64,000 nucleotides of DNA from a virus. Under the pieces are notes generated by a model. The model did no database searches. It had not been told where the DNA came from and saw only the letters and a list, made by a program, of their open reading frames with translations. Positions 28,871 through 38,231 of the stretch are shown piece after piece. Made by a program: the position numbers and the translations under genes. The stretch lies in the IMG/VR virus record IMGVR_UViG_3300025137_003799, positions 15,711 through 79,710 of that record; one strand, given 5' to 3'. How positions within the stretch are numbered: position 1 is the stretch's first letter; each line of letters opens with the position of its first letter.

Positions 28871-29429
28871 ACTTTTAACATTATTGAGTAGTTACGGTGA
28901 CATAGTTGAACTTGATTGGAAGTTCGATACTGATGCTGTGATTAAAGAACTACAGCAGAGTTCCTGGATAGAAGGAACACATGGCAAACGTGCTATTAAC
29001 TTAACTGGTCCAATAGAAGATATAGGACTGGAAGCAAAAGACAAGCATGATGCAGATCAACCAATTAATACAAACTGTACTCCGGGTATTCTCCCATTCT
29101 TTAACAAGTGGGAGAAGTTAGCACGTTGTAGAGCAGTTGAACTAAGTGCAGGTAGTTACTTTAAAATGCATCGAGATGCACATAAGATGCGTCCACAGAT
29201 GCGTGTATTCATTCCACTTAACAAGGTAGATGTACATGAATGGAATTTTATATACAATACAGAGCGTGTACTGTTTAAGCCAGGCGTTCCTTATATACTA
29301 AACACTCGCAAACAACATGGCAGTTTTGCATTTGAAGGCGGAATATATCATGTGTTGATGAGTATCTACATAACTGAACACAATGTAAAAACTGTTATGA
29401 ATATGTTACCTAACTGCAAGGAATACTAA
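28851..29429 (+). CDS. 2OG-Fe(II) oxygenase (Asp/Asn beta-hydroxylase-like)
   Basis: HRD...RVFIPL...NTRKQH. Confidence 0.75.
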   Translation: MNDTEIKLLTLLSSYGDIVELDWKFDTDAVIKELQQSSWIEGTHGKRAINLTGPIEDIGLEAKDKHDADQPINTNCTPGILPFFNKWEKLARCRAVELSAGSYFKMHRDAHKMRPQMRVFIPLNKVDVHEWNFIYNTERVLFKPGVPYILNTRKQHGSFAFEGGIYHVLMSIYITEHNVKTVMNMLPNCKEY

Positions 29430-30610
29430 TGGATATTTGTATTGTAGGTGGCGGCACAGCAGGATGGATGACAGCAAGTTATCTAGCAAGTGTACTACCT
29501 GATAATATAACATTAATTGAAAGCCGTGATATACCAATTATTGGTGTAGGCGAGAGTACTGTTCCTAGTTTTACTGATTTTGTAAAAACTGTAGGGCTAA
29601 CAGAACAAGATCTATTTAACATTGGCAGTATTAGAAAATATACAGCAAAACATTGTGACTGGCCACGAAAAGGTAAGGATTGGTTCCATCATTTTATCTT
29701 TGATAAAACAGAAGAACAAGAACAACTACAGTGGTTAGAGAACTTGGAACTACCTGATAAGCATTGGAGACATAGTTATCATATTGATGCTACTAAGTTT
29801 AGTAGTCTATTACGTGAACGCTTTGTGGATAAGATAGACCATAATTATGATACTATTAAAAGAGTGGTATATACAGAATCCGGAATCACAAGACTTATAG
29901 GTGAAGAACGTGAATATACTGCTGACTTGTTTATAGATTGTAGTGGACTTAAACAAATACTTCTCAAAAACTTTACAAATTTAACAGAATCAAACAACAG
30001 TCTAATAAACAATAAAGCATGGGCTGGACATGCCGATTACACAGACCAAGCAGGACCAGTCTATTATACTAGAACATTTGCCATGGATGCAGGATGGCAA
30101 TGGAATATATGCTTACAAGACAGAGCAGGCTGTGGGTATGTTTTTAATGATCAACATATTGATAGTTATACAGCTAGAAAAGAATTTATAGATAAGTGTC
30201 CATTTAATCTAAGAAGAGACACACTTAAACTAATTGACTTTAAAAGCAAATGGAATACAAATCCATGGTGTAGTAATGTAGTAGCCATTGGACTTAGTGC
30301 AGGGTTCTTAGAGCCCCTAGAGAGTCAGAGCATATTCCTAACACAGATGCAGGTTCAAATGCTATGTAGACTTATAAACAAAAACAACAATAAAAAATTA
30401 TTCAATAAGTTTTGGAATATGATGATTAGACATATTGCTAAGTACCTGGAACTACATTATACTCTAAGTAGTAGAACAGATACATCATACTGGAGAAGTT
30501 TCAATAAAACAGATACAGTTGTATATAAACATTCATATAGTCCTCTCTTTCATGAGTATGGGCATTCAGCAATAGCAGAGGCATATGGAGGAAAGTTGGT
30601 TAAACAATGA
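29429..30610 (+). CDS. flavin-dependent tryptophan halogenase-like protein
   Basis: GGGTAGW, IGVGEST, K, FIDCSG, GWQWNI, GFLEPLES. Confidence 0.88.
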   Translation: MDICIVGGGTAGWMTASYLASVLPDNITLIESRDIPIIGVGESTVPSFTDFVKTVGLTEQDLFNIGSIRKYTAKHCDWPRKGKDWFHHFIFDKTEEQEQLQWLENLELPDKHWRHSYHIDATKFSSLLRERFVDKIDHNYDTIKRVVYTESGITRLIGEEREYTADLFIDCSGLKQILLKNFTNLTESNNSLINNKAWAGHADYTDQAGPVYYTRTFAMDAGWQWNICLQDRAGCGYVFNDQHIDSYTARKEFIDKCPFNLRRDTLKLIDFKSKWNTNPWCSNVVAIGLSAGFLEPLESQSIFLTQMQVQMLCRLINKNNNKKLFNKFWNMMIRHIAKYLELHYTLSSRTDTSYWRSFNKTDTVVYKHSYSPLFHEYGHSAIAEAYGGKLVKQ

Positions 30611-31560
30611 AAAAGAACACAGGAAAAAATTGGTACTCAGGTGATAGTGTAAAAGATCTTGTCGATAATGTAGATGCTGACAAGCAGATAAAAGTACAAG
30701 GCGACACTAACACAGATTCAAACTACGAAGATGAAATGTATAGTGCAGAACAAATGGAACGTCAGAAGGATATGGATAACATATTTAAAGTGGATGGTGT
30801 ACCAAGTCGTTGGCAACACAATAAACTTAGAAGCACCTGGCATTTTGATCCATTCGAGGATCCTAACGAACAGAGCTTCGTAGTACCCTGTAGATTTGAA
30901 GGCGACTTTAGTGTTGCTATTAACTATGCTCTACAGGAAGCAAAAGAGATGACGATAGGAAACTATCGTAGTCGTAACGACAGTAAACAAGATAAAGATA
31001 TGCATGATGGAGAAATCATTGATGCGGTCAACGCCAGTGGTAAAGATGATGTTAGTTGTATGTTCTATGACAAAGTAGTTCGCACAAAATTTAATAAAGA
31101 CACAGGCGAAAAGCAAGTATTAGAGAATCGTATACCTGAATATGATATACTTTTTAATGTTATTAAAGAGCTTGATGTAGATGTTCATCAGAGTCGTTTA
31201 CACATACAAAGACTAAGCCAAGTAACACCCATACATATTGACAATCAGATGCGTTATGCTCGTCCAGGCTGGGATAAGGTATGGAGAGAAGCTGGTGCAG
31301 ATAAGAATCCACTAAAGTTACGCAGGTTCCTTATACATCTACAAGACTGGACACAAGGACATGTATGGCAGTTTGGCAATACATATCATCAGGGGTATCA
31401 AGCAGGCACAGTAACAACTTATGACTGGTGTAACATGCCACATGGTACTGCAAACTTTAGTTTTATACCCAGAGTTACATTCCAAATCACAGGGTTTGTG
31501 TCTGAAAAAACACAATGGATGATTGATAATCCAGATCCAAACAGAGTTATAAGTGTTTAA
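30607..31560 (+). CDS. cupin/2OG-Fe(II) oxygenase-like protein
   Basis: HIDN...RFLIHLQDW..G..QFGN...PHGTAN..R..FQITG. Confidence 0.65.
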   Translation: MKKNTGKNWYSGDSVKDLVDNVDADKQIKVQGDTNTDSNYEDEMYSAEQMERQKDMDNIFKVDGVPSRWQHNKLRSTWHFDPFEDPNEQSFVVPCRFEGDFSVAINYALQEAKEMTIGNYRSRNDSKQDKDMHDGEIIDAVNASGKDDVSCMFYDKVVRTKFNKDTGEKQVLENRIPEYDILFNVIKELDVDVHQSRLHIQRLSQVTPIHIDNQMRYARPGWDKVWREAGADKNPLKLRRFLIHLQDWTQGHVWQFGNTYHQGYQAGTVTTYDWCNMPHGTANFSFIPRVTFQITGFVSEKTQWMIDNPDPNRVISV

Positions 31561-31891
31561 AAGATTCCGCAAATGGTTCAATATAGACCATGTTGTGGAT
31601 ATGACTGTCGATCTGTTCTTAATCCTATTTGATGTACTAACATCACCTATACTAATTGTTGTTAGATTGACACGTTGGATAATAGGCAAGTACTTGTTGG
31701 ATGGGTTGAAAAACAAAATAAAAAGACTAATACATTGGACAAAGGGTAAACCAGCACTACTACAAATTGTAATCTGGACAACAACCCTATGTGTATCACT
31801 ATTAATTCTTACATTGATGTGGTTCTTTGGACAAGCAATTACAGAACTTGCTCAGGAAATGTGGGGCCATCAAGGATTAGATATAGAATGA
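31553..31891 (+). CDS. putative membrane protein
   Basis: Two hydrophobic segments. Confidence 0.6.
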   Translation: MFKRFRKWFNIDHVVDMTVDLFLILFDVLTSPILIVVRLTRWIIGKYLLDGLKNKIKRLIHWTKGKPALLQIVIWTTTLCVSLLILTLMWFFGQAITELAQEMWGHQGLDIE

Positions 31892-32676
31892 ATCTAGAAG
31901 ACTATACAGAATACAAGCATAAGAATTTTCCAGCTACTAAAAAGGACGCTAGAGTGCCAGGTGAAACACTATTGTGGTATGGCAAGGACCAGCAGGAAAA
32001 GGATAAGACTCCGGAAGTCATGACGCTACACTTAGAACAGTCAAGGGATTGGACTGATGTAGATATTAGTTATGCTTGGAATAGCCTGGGTTATCGTGGC
32101 CCAGAGCCAGACTATACAGCAAACAAGAAGATACTACTAGCAGGCGGTTCAATGTTAATGGGCGTTGGTTTACCTATTGAAGAAACACTACCAGTAGTAC
32201 TAGCCAAACATTTTAATGCAGACTATCTAAACTTGAGTGACTATGATAGCCTAACAGAAATAACTGCACCTTTGGAGCAATTAGGTGTTGACTATGATCC
32301 TGACTATGTTATAATAGGGGATACAAGATTTGTAGTTGAAAATAATTGGCTTATGGCATTCATAAAACAGAAACTAAAACTACATGGCGTTGACATTCGC
32401 AGAGAAGATTTACAATTTTTCCAACAAGCGTTTGACAATACAAACCATAGTGTACTCACAGTATACAATGGATTCATACAAAATTTATTTCCTAAAGCAA
32501 AGGTATTATTCCTTATTGCTCCTAGGAAAAACTTTAACTTTGATACAGGGTTTGAGAATCAACTAACTATAAGCAAAGACTATATGGTTGATTTAAGCAG
32601 AGACAATGCACACCCTGGACCAAATTCAATAATAACAATAGCAAAAGAAATAATTAGGAGACTAGAAGATGGTTGA
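31888..32676 (+). CDS. SGNH-hydrolase-like protein
   Basis: NSLGYRG, LAGGS, C-terminal DNAHPG. Confidence 0.5.
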   Translation: MNLEDYTEYKHKNFPATKKDARVPGETLLWYGKDQQEKDKTPEVMTLHLEQSRDWTDVDISYAWNSLGYRGPEPDYTANKKILLAGGSMLMGVGLPIEETLPVVLAKHFNADYLNLSDYDSLTEITAPLEQLGVDYDPDYVIIGDTRFVVENNWLMAFIKQKLKLHGVDIRREDLQFFQQAFDNTNHSVLTVYNGFIQNLFPKAKVLFLIAPRKNFNFDTGFENQLTISKDYMVDLSRDNAHPGPNSIITIAKEIIRRLEDG

Positions 32677-33352
32677 TAAGCAGTATATTTTAACTGTGGG
32701 TATCGCTGGAAGTAGGTGGGGAAGAGTAGAATCAGTACTATGTAATACACATAATCACTTGATTGACAGTAGTTCATGGCGAGAATACAATATGGACAAT
32801 CCAAAAAACAACACAGGACATATGCATGCCTTTTGGGGGCCATATAATAGACTGGGTGAACAGTTTGATCAGTTGGAGTTACTTGGTGTAGAACAGTTTA
32901 GACATCAAATGGATAAAGAGTTTGATGCGACAAATCCTGCACCATATAGATTTATACGTTGTCATTGGTTTTGTTATCAACTAGAATGGTTAGTAAAAAA
33001 TTGTCCTGACATGTGGCTATTGTTTGTATTTCGCGAGCCTGAAATGAGTTTACGTTGGTGGTATGAAAGTGGCGGTTGGGATATCAGTTATCCTAATTAC
33101 AAATGGTATGGATCAGAGGCTGTGTTAGAACGACAGGTTCACGTGGAAAATAAATATATGCATAAATTCATAAAAGACAGAGGACTTGAATTTGATTATT
33201 CATTAGCAGATGCAGACAAGTGGTATGCAAAGCATATGCCTGAACTAGGAGATTTATCCGGAACAGACTGGGCAGCGGCCGCACAAGCAGATGGATTGGA
33301 TAATACACTATACCCAATACTTTACAAAGGAAACAAAGATGCTAAAAACTAG
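32669..33352 (+). CDS. sulfotransferase-like P-loop protein (paralog A)
   Basis: VGIAGSRW, RCH, FVFREP; paralog of 34330. Confidence 0.45.
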   Translation: MVDKQYILTVGIAGSRWGRVESVLCNTHNHLIDSSSWREYNMDNPKNNTGHMHAFWGPYNRLGEQFDQLELLGVEQFRHQMDKEFDATNPAPYRFIRCHWFCYQLEWLVKNCPDMWLLFVFREPEMSLRWWYESGGWDISYPNYKWYGSEAVLERQVHVENKYMHKFIKDRGLEFDYSLADADKWYAKHMPELGDLSGTDWAAAAQADGLDNTLYPILYKGNKDAKN

Positions 33353-34340
33353 ACAAGGGCGTATTAGATATACAGAAACAATAGAGGAATTGTTACGAGA
33401 AGGCAGCAATAGGATGCCTGAAAGCCAACATGATCGCAAGCCAGCTGATGGTAAAATTAAATTTGACAACATAGACTTTAGAGGTGCTGACTTATCTAAT
33501 ATGAAATTTGATGGTTTACTATTTGATGAATGTGACTTTACAGGAGCAAACCTAACAAACACAGAATTTTATAAGTGTGGTATGAGAAGTTCTATACTAC
33601 ACAGAGTTGTAGCAGATGGTGCCAGCTTTATTAATGTTAACATGCGAGAAAGTAAATTTACAGAAGCATATTGTATAGGTGCTAACTTCGAAGCATGTAA
33701 TATGTTACATACTAATATGTGGGACACAAACCTGAATTACGCAACAATAATCGGAAACGATATGCGTAAAGTTAATTTGCGTGACTGCCGTATCAAACAT
33801 GCAGTAATGAAAAACAACAAACTACGTGGTGCTAATTTACGTGATGTGCAGTTTACATGGACAAATGGTATCCCACGTTTCTTTTATGATAGTAAGATAA
33901 ACTTTGAACAAGCTGATCCAGAAGATTGGTTTTATGGTTATAAACTAGCGGCGGCAGATGGTAAAGGTATATATCATCCTGCAATTAAGTATAGTGTTGG
34001 TAAAGTATTTGACGCAGAGTATCAGGATTCAGATCCAGAAAAACATATTCCGATTAGTAAAAAATATAATAGTGGTATTGCACTAGCACCCTTGGATTGG
34101 ATCCTACGTGAATGGGTACTATGTGGTGGCTATGGAGATTACCAAGCATTCCGTTGTAAGTTCCAAGCTAAAGATGTAATTGAGAACGAAGGCAATACTA
34201 AGTTTAATGTTCGTAAAATGGAAGTTGTGGAACAAGTTGACTTGGCACCATTTTATGCAGAGATTTCAGAGGATATTGGATATCATACAGGCGGAACAGC
34301 GTCTGCTATTGATGACTTTAGAATTAGTGATGAGCAGTAA
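33339..34340 (+). CDS. pentapeptide-repeat protein with additional C-terminal domain
   Basis: DFRGADLSN, DFTGANLTN, ANFEA, ANLRD repeats. Confidence 0.85.
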   Translation: MLKTRQGRIRYTETIEELLREGSNRMPESQHDRKPADGKIKFDNIDFRGADLSNMKFDGLLFDECDFTGANLTNTEFYKCGMRSSILHRVVADGASFINVNMRESKFTEAYCIGANFEACNMLHTNMWDTNLNYATIIGNDMRKVNLRDCRIKHAVMKNNKLRGANLRDVQFTWTNGIPRFFYDSKINFEQADPEDWFYGYKLAAADGKGIYHPAIKYSVGKVFDAEYQDSDPEKHIPISKKYNSGIALAPLDWILREWVLCGGYGDYQAFRCKFQAKDVIENEGNTKFNVRKMEVVEQVDLAPFYAEISEDIGYHTGGTASAIDDFRISDEQ

Positions 34341-34980
34341 TATTTGGTTTACCGGCGTACCCGGTAGTAAATGGAGCGGAGTTGATATACAACTTCGCAA
34401 CATGCTACCATGTGATCGTACAGACGAAACTCCTGATAGAGTACACTATCACAGAGTTAATACCCCAGGCGATAAGAACAATGGACATCGTGGAAGTTAT
34501 TGGGGACCAGGCATGGGTTGTGGTGAACATTGGACTAACTTAAACCACTTAACAAAAGAAAGTTTAGAGACAGACATTGAAGACGTATTCTATGGTGAAG
34601 GCTATAGAATACTTAAAAGTCACTTCTTTGCTAGACACCATAACCTAGATTACATATGGAATACCTTTAAAAATGATTGGATGATTTTATTATATAGGGA
34701 ATCACAATCCAGTTTTAGTTGGTGGGCTAATGTTATGGATTTCGGTGAAGGACATTATCCAGACTACACACCGGGATATAAAGATTATAATACTATGCGT
34801 CCAAAGTTGTTTGAAGAGAACGAAGCAATATTTCATTTTGGATTAAAGATGGGTATGCAGTTTAAAAAATGGGATCCAAAAACAAGTGTAGATATGATTC
34901 CAGGATTTGATGCGGCCGCGGCTGCAGAAATAAATAAAAGTGCTGACGATGTATATGTTGCAGTTGCGAGGATAGAGTGA
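34330..34980 (+). CDS. sulfotransferase-like P-loop protein (paralog B)
   Basis: TGVPGSKW, LKSH, LLYRE; paralog of 32669. Confidence 0.45.
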   Translation: MSSNIWFTGVPGSKWSGVDIQLRNMLPCDRTDETPDRVHYHRVNTPGDKNNGHRGSYWGPGMGCGEHWTNLNHLTKESLETDIEDVFYGEGYRILKSHFFARHHNLDYIWNTFKNDWMILLYRESQSSFSWWANVMDFGEGHYPDYTPGYKDYNTMRPKLFEENEAIFHFGLKMGMQFKKWDPKTSVDMIPGFDAAAAAEINKSADDVYVAVARIE

Positions 34981-35510
34981 ACTTAGAACGTTATGGAGAT
35001 ATAATTGAACTGGACTACCAAGTCGATTGTGATTCAGCAATTGCTGAATTAAGAGCAATGGATAACTGGAAGCCAGAAAAGACACGTCACTGTCTTGATT
35101 TTCTTGGCGATATAGATCGTTCACAAAATGATACCATTACTCCCGAACTAAACAGTAATGCAGAACGTTGTCCAACAATTAAAAGTGCTATTGAATTATT
35201 TACAGGACATCACAAAGCTAGAGTACAATGGATTGATGCAGGTGGATTCTTCCAACCACATCGAGATCATATGGGTGGTGGACAGGCTTATAGAGTATTC
35301 ATAGCCCTGAACAATACAACCAGAGACAAGTATGCATTTTTCTATGAGGATAAAATTATACAGTTTAAGCCCGGTGTTCCCTATATTATAAATACCGCGA
35401 AAGTACATGGAGCAATGAGCTTTGCAGATGAAACATATCATCTGCTCATGACAGTTAGAAAAACAGAAGAATCTGTAAAAAACATTATAGGAATGTTAAC
35501 GTTCAAATGA
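34977..35510 (+). CDS. 2OG-Fe(II) oxygenase (Asp/Asn beta-hydroxylase-like)
   Basis: PHRD, FKPGVPYIINTAKVH; paralog of 28851. Confidence 0.75.
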   Translation: MNLERYGDIIELDYQVDCDSAIAELRAMDNWKPEKTRHCLDFLGDIDRSQNDTITPELNSNAERCPTIKSAIELFTGHHKARVQWIDAGGFFQPHRDHMGGGQAYRVFIALNNTTRDKYAFFYEDKIIQFKPGVPYIINTAKVHGAMSFADETYHLLMTVRKTEESVKNIIGMLTFK

Positions 35511-35525
35511 TAGGAGCCTTTAATA

Positions 35526-36230
35526 ATGACTAGCCCATTTAAAATACCATACCATTTTGATAATTTCAAAGTAGACGAAGAAGGCGACTATAGTAAAATT
35601 ATTGGTATATTTAAAGGAGACTGGAGCGAGGATATTGCTACAGCAAGAAAAATAGGTACTGTACCACAAAGATATAATGAGCAGGAATATGGACATGCAG
35701 CCAACGAAGCCAGTGCTGGTCATAAAGACGAAGATGCTGATAATCCAAATGGACAGCCTGAAGCAGTTATGTTTACTAAAGTAAACTTCGATAAACACCC
35801 AGGTGCTTGTCCTGTGTTTGAGAAAATTGTAAACTTCCTAAAGATGGATCACACTAAAAAATTAACACAAAAGTTTAATGATCAGCTTCCAAACAATCAG
35901 TTAATGATACATATTGACAACCTACCTGGAATGCCTAGAGCAGATCGTGTACTTAACAATCCAGACTTTAAACTACAGGATCCTGATAAACTACGTTTTC
36001 TAATTATGATGGAAGACTGGCAACCCGGACAAATGGTGCAGTTTGGTAATAAGATTTATTCACAATGGAGAGCCGGAACAGCAATCACTTGGGAATGGAG
36101 CACGTTGCCACATGCTACTTGGAATGGCAGTTGGTTTAATCGAGGAGCTCTACAACTAACTGGTAGTGCAACACCTGAGACATGGGATATTATTCGCAAT
36201 GGATCAGCAGACACAATCTATAACATATAA
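35526..36230 (+). CDS. cupin/2OG-Fe(II) oxygenase-like protein
   Basis: HIDN...RFLIMMEDW..QFGN...PHATWN; paralog of 30607. Confidence 0.65.
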   Translation: MTSPFKIPYHFDNFKVDEEGDYSKIIGIFKGDWSEDIATARKIGTVPQRYNEQEYGHAANEASAGHKDEDADNPNGQPEAVMFTKVNFDKHPGACPVFEKIVNFLKMDHTKKLTQKFNDQLPNNQLMIHIDNLPGMPRADRVLNNPDFKLQDPDKLRFLIMMEDWQPGQMVQFGNKIYSQWRAGTAITWEWSTLPHATWNGSWFNRGALQLTGSATPETWDIIRNGSADTIYNI

Positions 36231-36233
36231 ATA
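36226..36233 (+). promoter_or_regulatory. T4-type late promoter heading the radical SAM array
   Basis: TATAAATA. Confidence 0.6.
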
Positions 36234-36275
36234 CAACTATAGCGTTCAGACGAACTTGAACATTTAGGAAAAATA

Positions 36276-37685
36276 ATGCCAGATCACAAATTACCAAGTG
36301 ATACATTCTGTATCTTACCTTGGATTCACTTATCCACACGCCCAGACGGAAGTATGAGAGTTTGTTGTACAGCAAACGCATCAAGTGTTGGAGCAACTAA
36401 CGACAAAGAACATGGAGGCAGAGTTGGTATCATTAAAACAGAAGATGGTAAACCTGCGAACCTAAATACAAGTGACTTGGAAAGCTCTTGGAACAACACA
36501 TATTATCGTAGTGTAAGAAAAATGATGATGAACGGTGAAAAGCCTAGTAGTTGTCTAAAATGTTATAAAGAAGAAGCGGCTGGTCATAGATCAAAACGTC
36601 AATGGGAAACAGAATATTGGCTCAACAATGGTATTAACATTGACGAACTAATGGGAGAAACATATGATGATGGATCAACAAACAGTAAACTACGCTATAT
36701 AGATATTCGTATGGGCACCAAGTGCCAACTAGGTTGTGTTATGTGTTCACCACATGATTCAAGTGGTTGGGTTAAAGACTGGAAAGGCCTATATCCAAAA
36801 ATTACTAACGAGTCACTAAAAGAAACTATGAATTGGGACGCCAAAGGTAAAACTTTTGGTGCTAGTTATAACTGGCATAAGGACAATGAAATATTCTGGG
36901 AGCAGTTTTATAAACAGATCCCACATATGCGTCAGCTATATTTTGCTGGTGGTGAATCAACAGTTATTGAGGAACACTATGATATCCTAGATAAAGTTAT
37001 TGAAATGGGATACGCAGGTGAAATGGAAGTGCGTTATAATTCAAACGGAATTGAAATACCTGATAGATTATTAGAACAATGGTCACACTTTAAACTAGTA
37101 CGTTTTCATTATTCAATTGATAGTATTGGTGCTATGAATGATTATATTCGTTATCCAAGTGTATGGGAACATCAGCTAAAAATGTTTAAGAAACTGGATG
37201 AAGAAACAACTAATAATGTTGAAGTAACAATTGCTTGTGCCGTTAATGCTCTCAACATCCATTACATTCCAGACTTCTTAAAATGGAAACTAACACAAAA
37301 CTTCCATAAAATTAACATGTGGCCATTTGGTGCAGGCGGTATTAACTACCACTTTGTATACTGGCCTCCACACCTAAACGTCAAAGTTTTACCTCGTGAA
37401 TTCTTAGATAAAACTGAAAAGAAGTATGAGGAGTTTATTGAATGGTGGACTGAGAACTATGAACTAGGAGTTCCTGTTTGGCACAAAGGTAAAGTATCAC
37501 GTGAGAAATGGTTAGACGCCGCCTATGGTGTTAAACGTCTGCGTGGCATGGTTAACTTTGCACGTTCAGAAGATTGGACTAGAAGACTTCCTGAATTTAG
37601 AGAATACTTGACTAAGCTAGATGCAATGCGTGGAACAGACTTCCGTAAGACATTCCCAGACATGGCTTTTTTATTAGATGAGTAA
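36276..37685 (+). CDS. radical SAM protein, N-terminal SPASM/twitch-like domain
   Basis: FCILPW..RVCC..CLKC; CQLGCVMC; AGGE. Confidence 0.9.
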   Translation: MPDHKLPSDTFCILPWIHLSTRPDGSMRVCCTANASSVGATNDKEHGGRVGIIKTEDGKPANLNTSDLESSWNNTYYRSVRKMMMNGEKPSSCLKCYKEEAAGHRSKRQWETEYWLNNGINIDELMGETYDDGSTNSKLRYIDIRMGTKCQLGCVMCSPHDSSGWVKDWKGLYPKITNESLKETMNWDAKGKTFGASYNWHKDNEIFWEQFYKQIPHMRQLYFAGGESTVIEEHYDILDKVIEMGYAGEMEVRYNSNGIEIPDRLLEQWSHFKLVRFHYSIDSIGAMNDYIRYPSVWEHQLKMFKKLDEETTNNVEVTIACAVNALNIHYIPDFLKWKLTQNFHKINMWPFGAGGINYHFVYWPPHLNVKVLPREFLDKTEKKYEEFIEWWTENYELGVPVWHKGKVSREKWLDAAYGVKRLRGMVNFARSEDWTRRLPEFREYLTKLDAMRGTDFRKTFPDMAFLLDE

Positions 37686-38229
37686 GACAGTATTAGTAGT
37701 AGCATTAGAGTCAGAGCTACCTCCAGTAGATAGATTAGATATTAGATATTCAGGCGTTGGTAAAGTCAACGCCGCCTATACCACTATGAAGGCCATTGGA
37801 GATGGTGCAACAAGAATTATTAACTTTGGTACTGCTGGACTAGTAAGTAATAAAGACCTAGTGGGTAAATTAGCACATATAGATGTAATACTACAGCGAG
37901 ATATGATTGCAGAACCACAAGCACCACGTGGAGTAACACCCTTTGATACAGATGAAAGAACAAGTGGTGCAATTATGTTGGATACAAATACCAATATAAC
38001 GCTGGGTACTGGCGATAGTTTTGTACAGGAAACAGATGAATGGTTTAACTACAGTAATATTGATCTAGTTGATATGGAGGCGTTTGCTATTGCAAAAGTT
38101 TGTATATCAGAAGGTGTTAAGTTTGAATGTCTAAAGTGGGTTAGTGACTTTGCAGATGAAAATGCCGCAGAGTCCTGGGAACAAAATCAGAGTGATGGTA
38201 AAGACGCTATGATGCGTTGGTTGGAGTAG
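37678..38229 (+). CDS. 5'-methylthioadenosine/SAH nucleosidase family protein
   Basis: GVGKVNAA, INFGTAG, TGDSF, DMEAFA, VSD. Confidence 0.85.
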   Translation: MSKTVLVVALESELPPVDRLDIRYSGVGKVNAAYTTMKAIGDGATRIINFGTAGLVSNKDLVGKLAHIDVILQRDMIAEPQAPRGVTPFDTDERTSGAIMLDTNTNITLGTGDSFVQETDEWFNYSNIDLVDMEAFAIAKVCISEGVKFECLKWVSDFADENAAESWEQNQSDGKDAMMRWLE

Positions 38230-38231
38230 TC

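Noticed and set aside
33339-34340. Pentapeptide-repeat protein as a Qnr/MfpA-type gyrase protector
   Set aside because: The repeats are real, but the family is functionally diverse and the extra C-terminal domain gives no specific support
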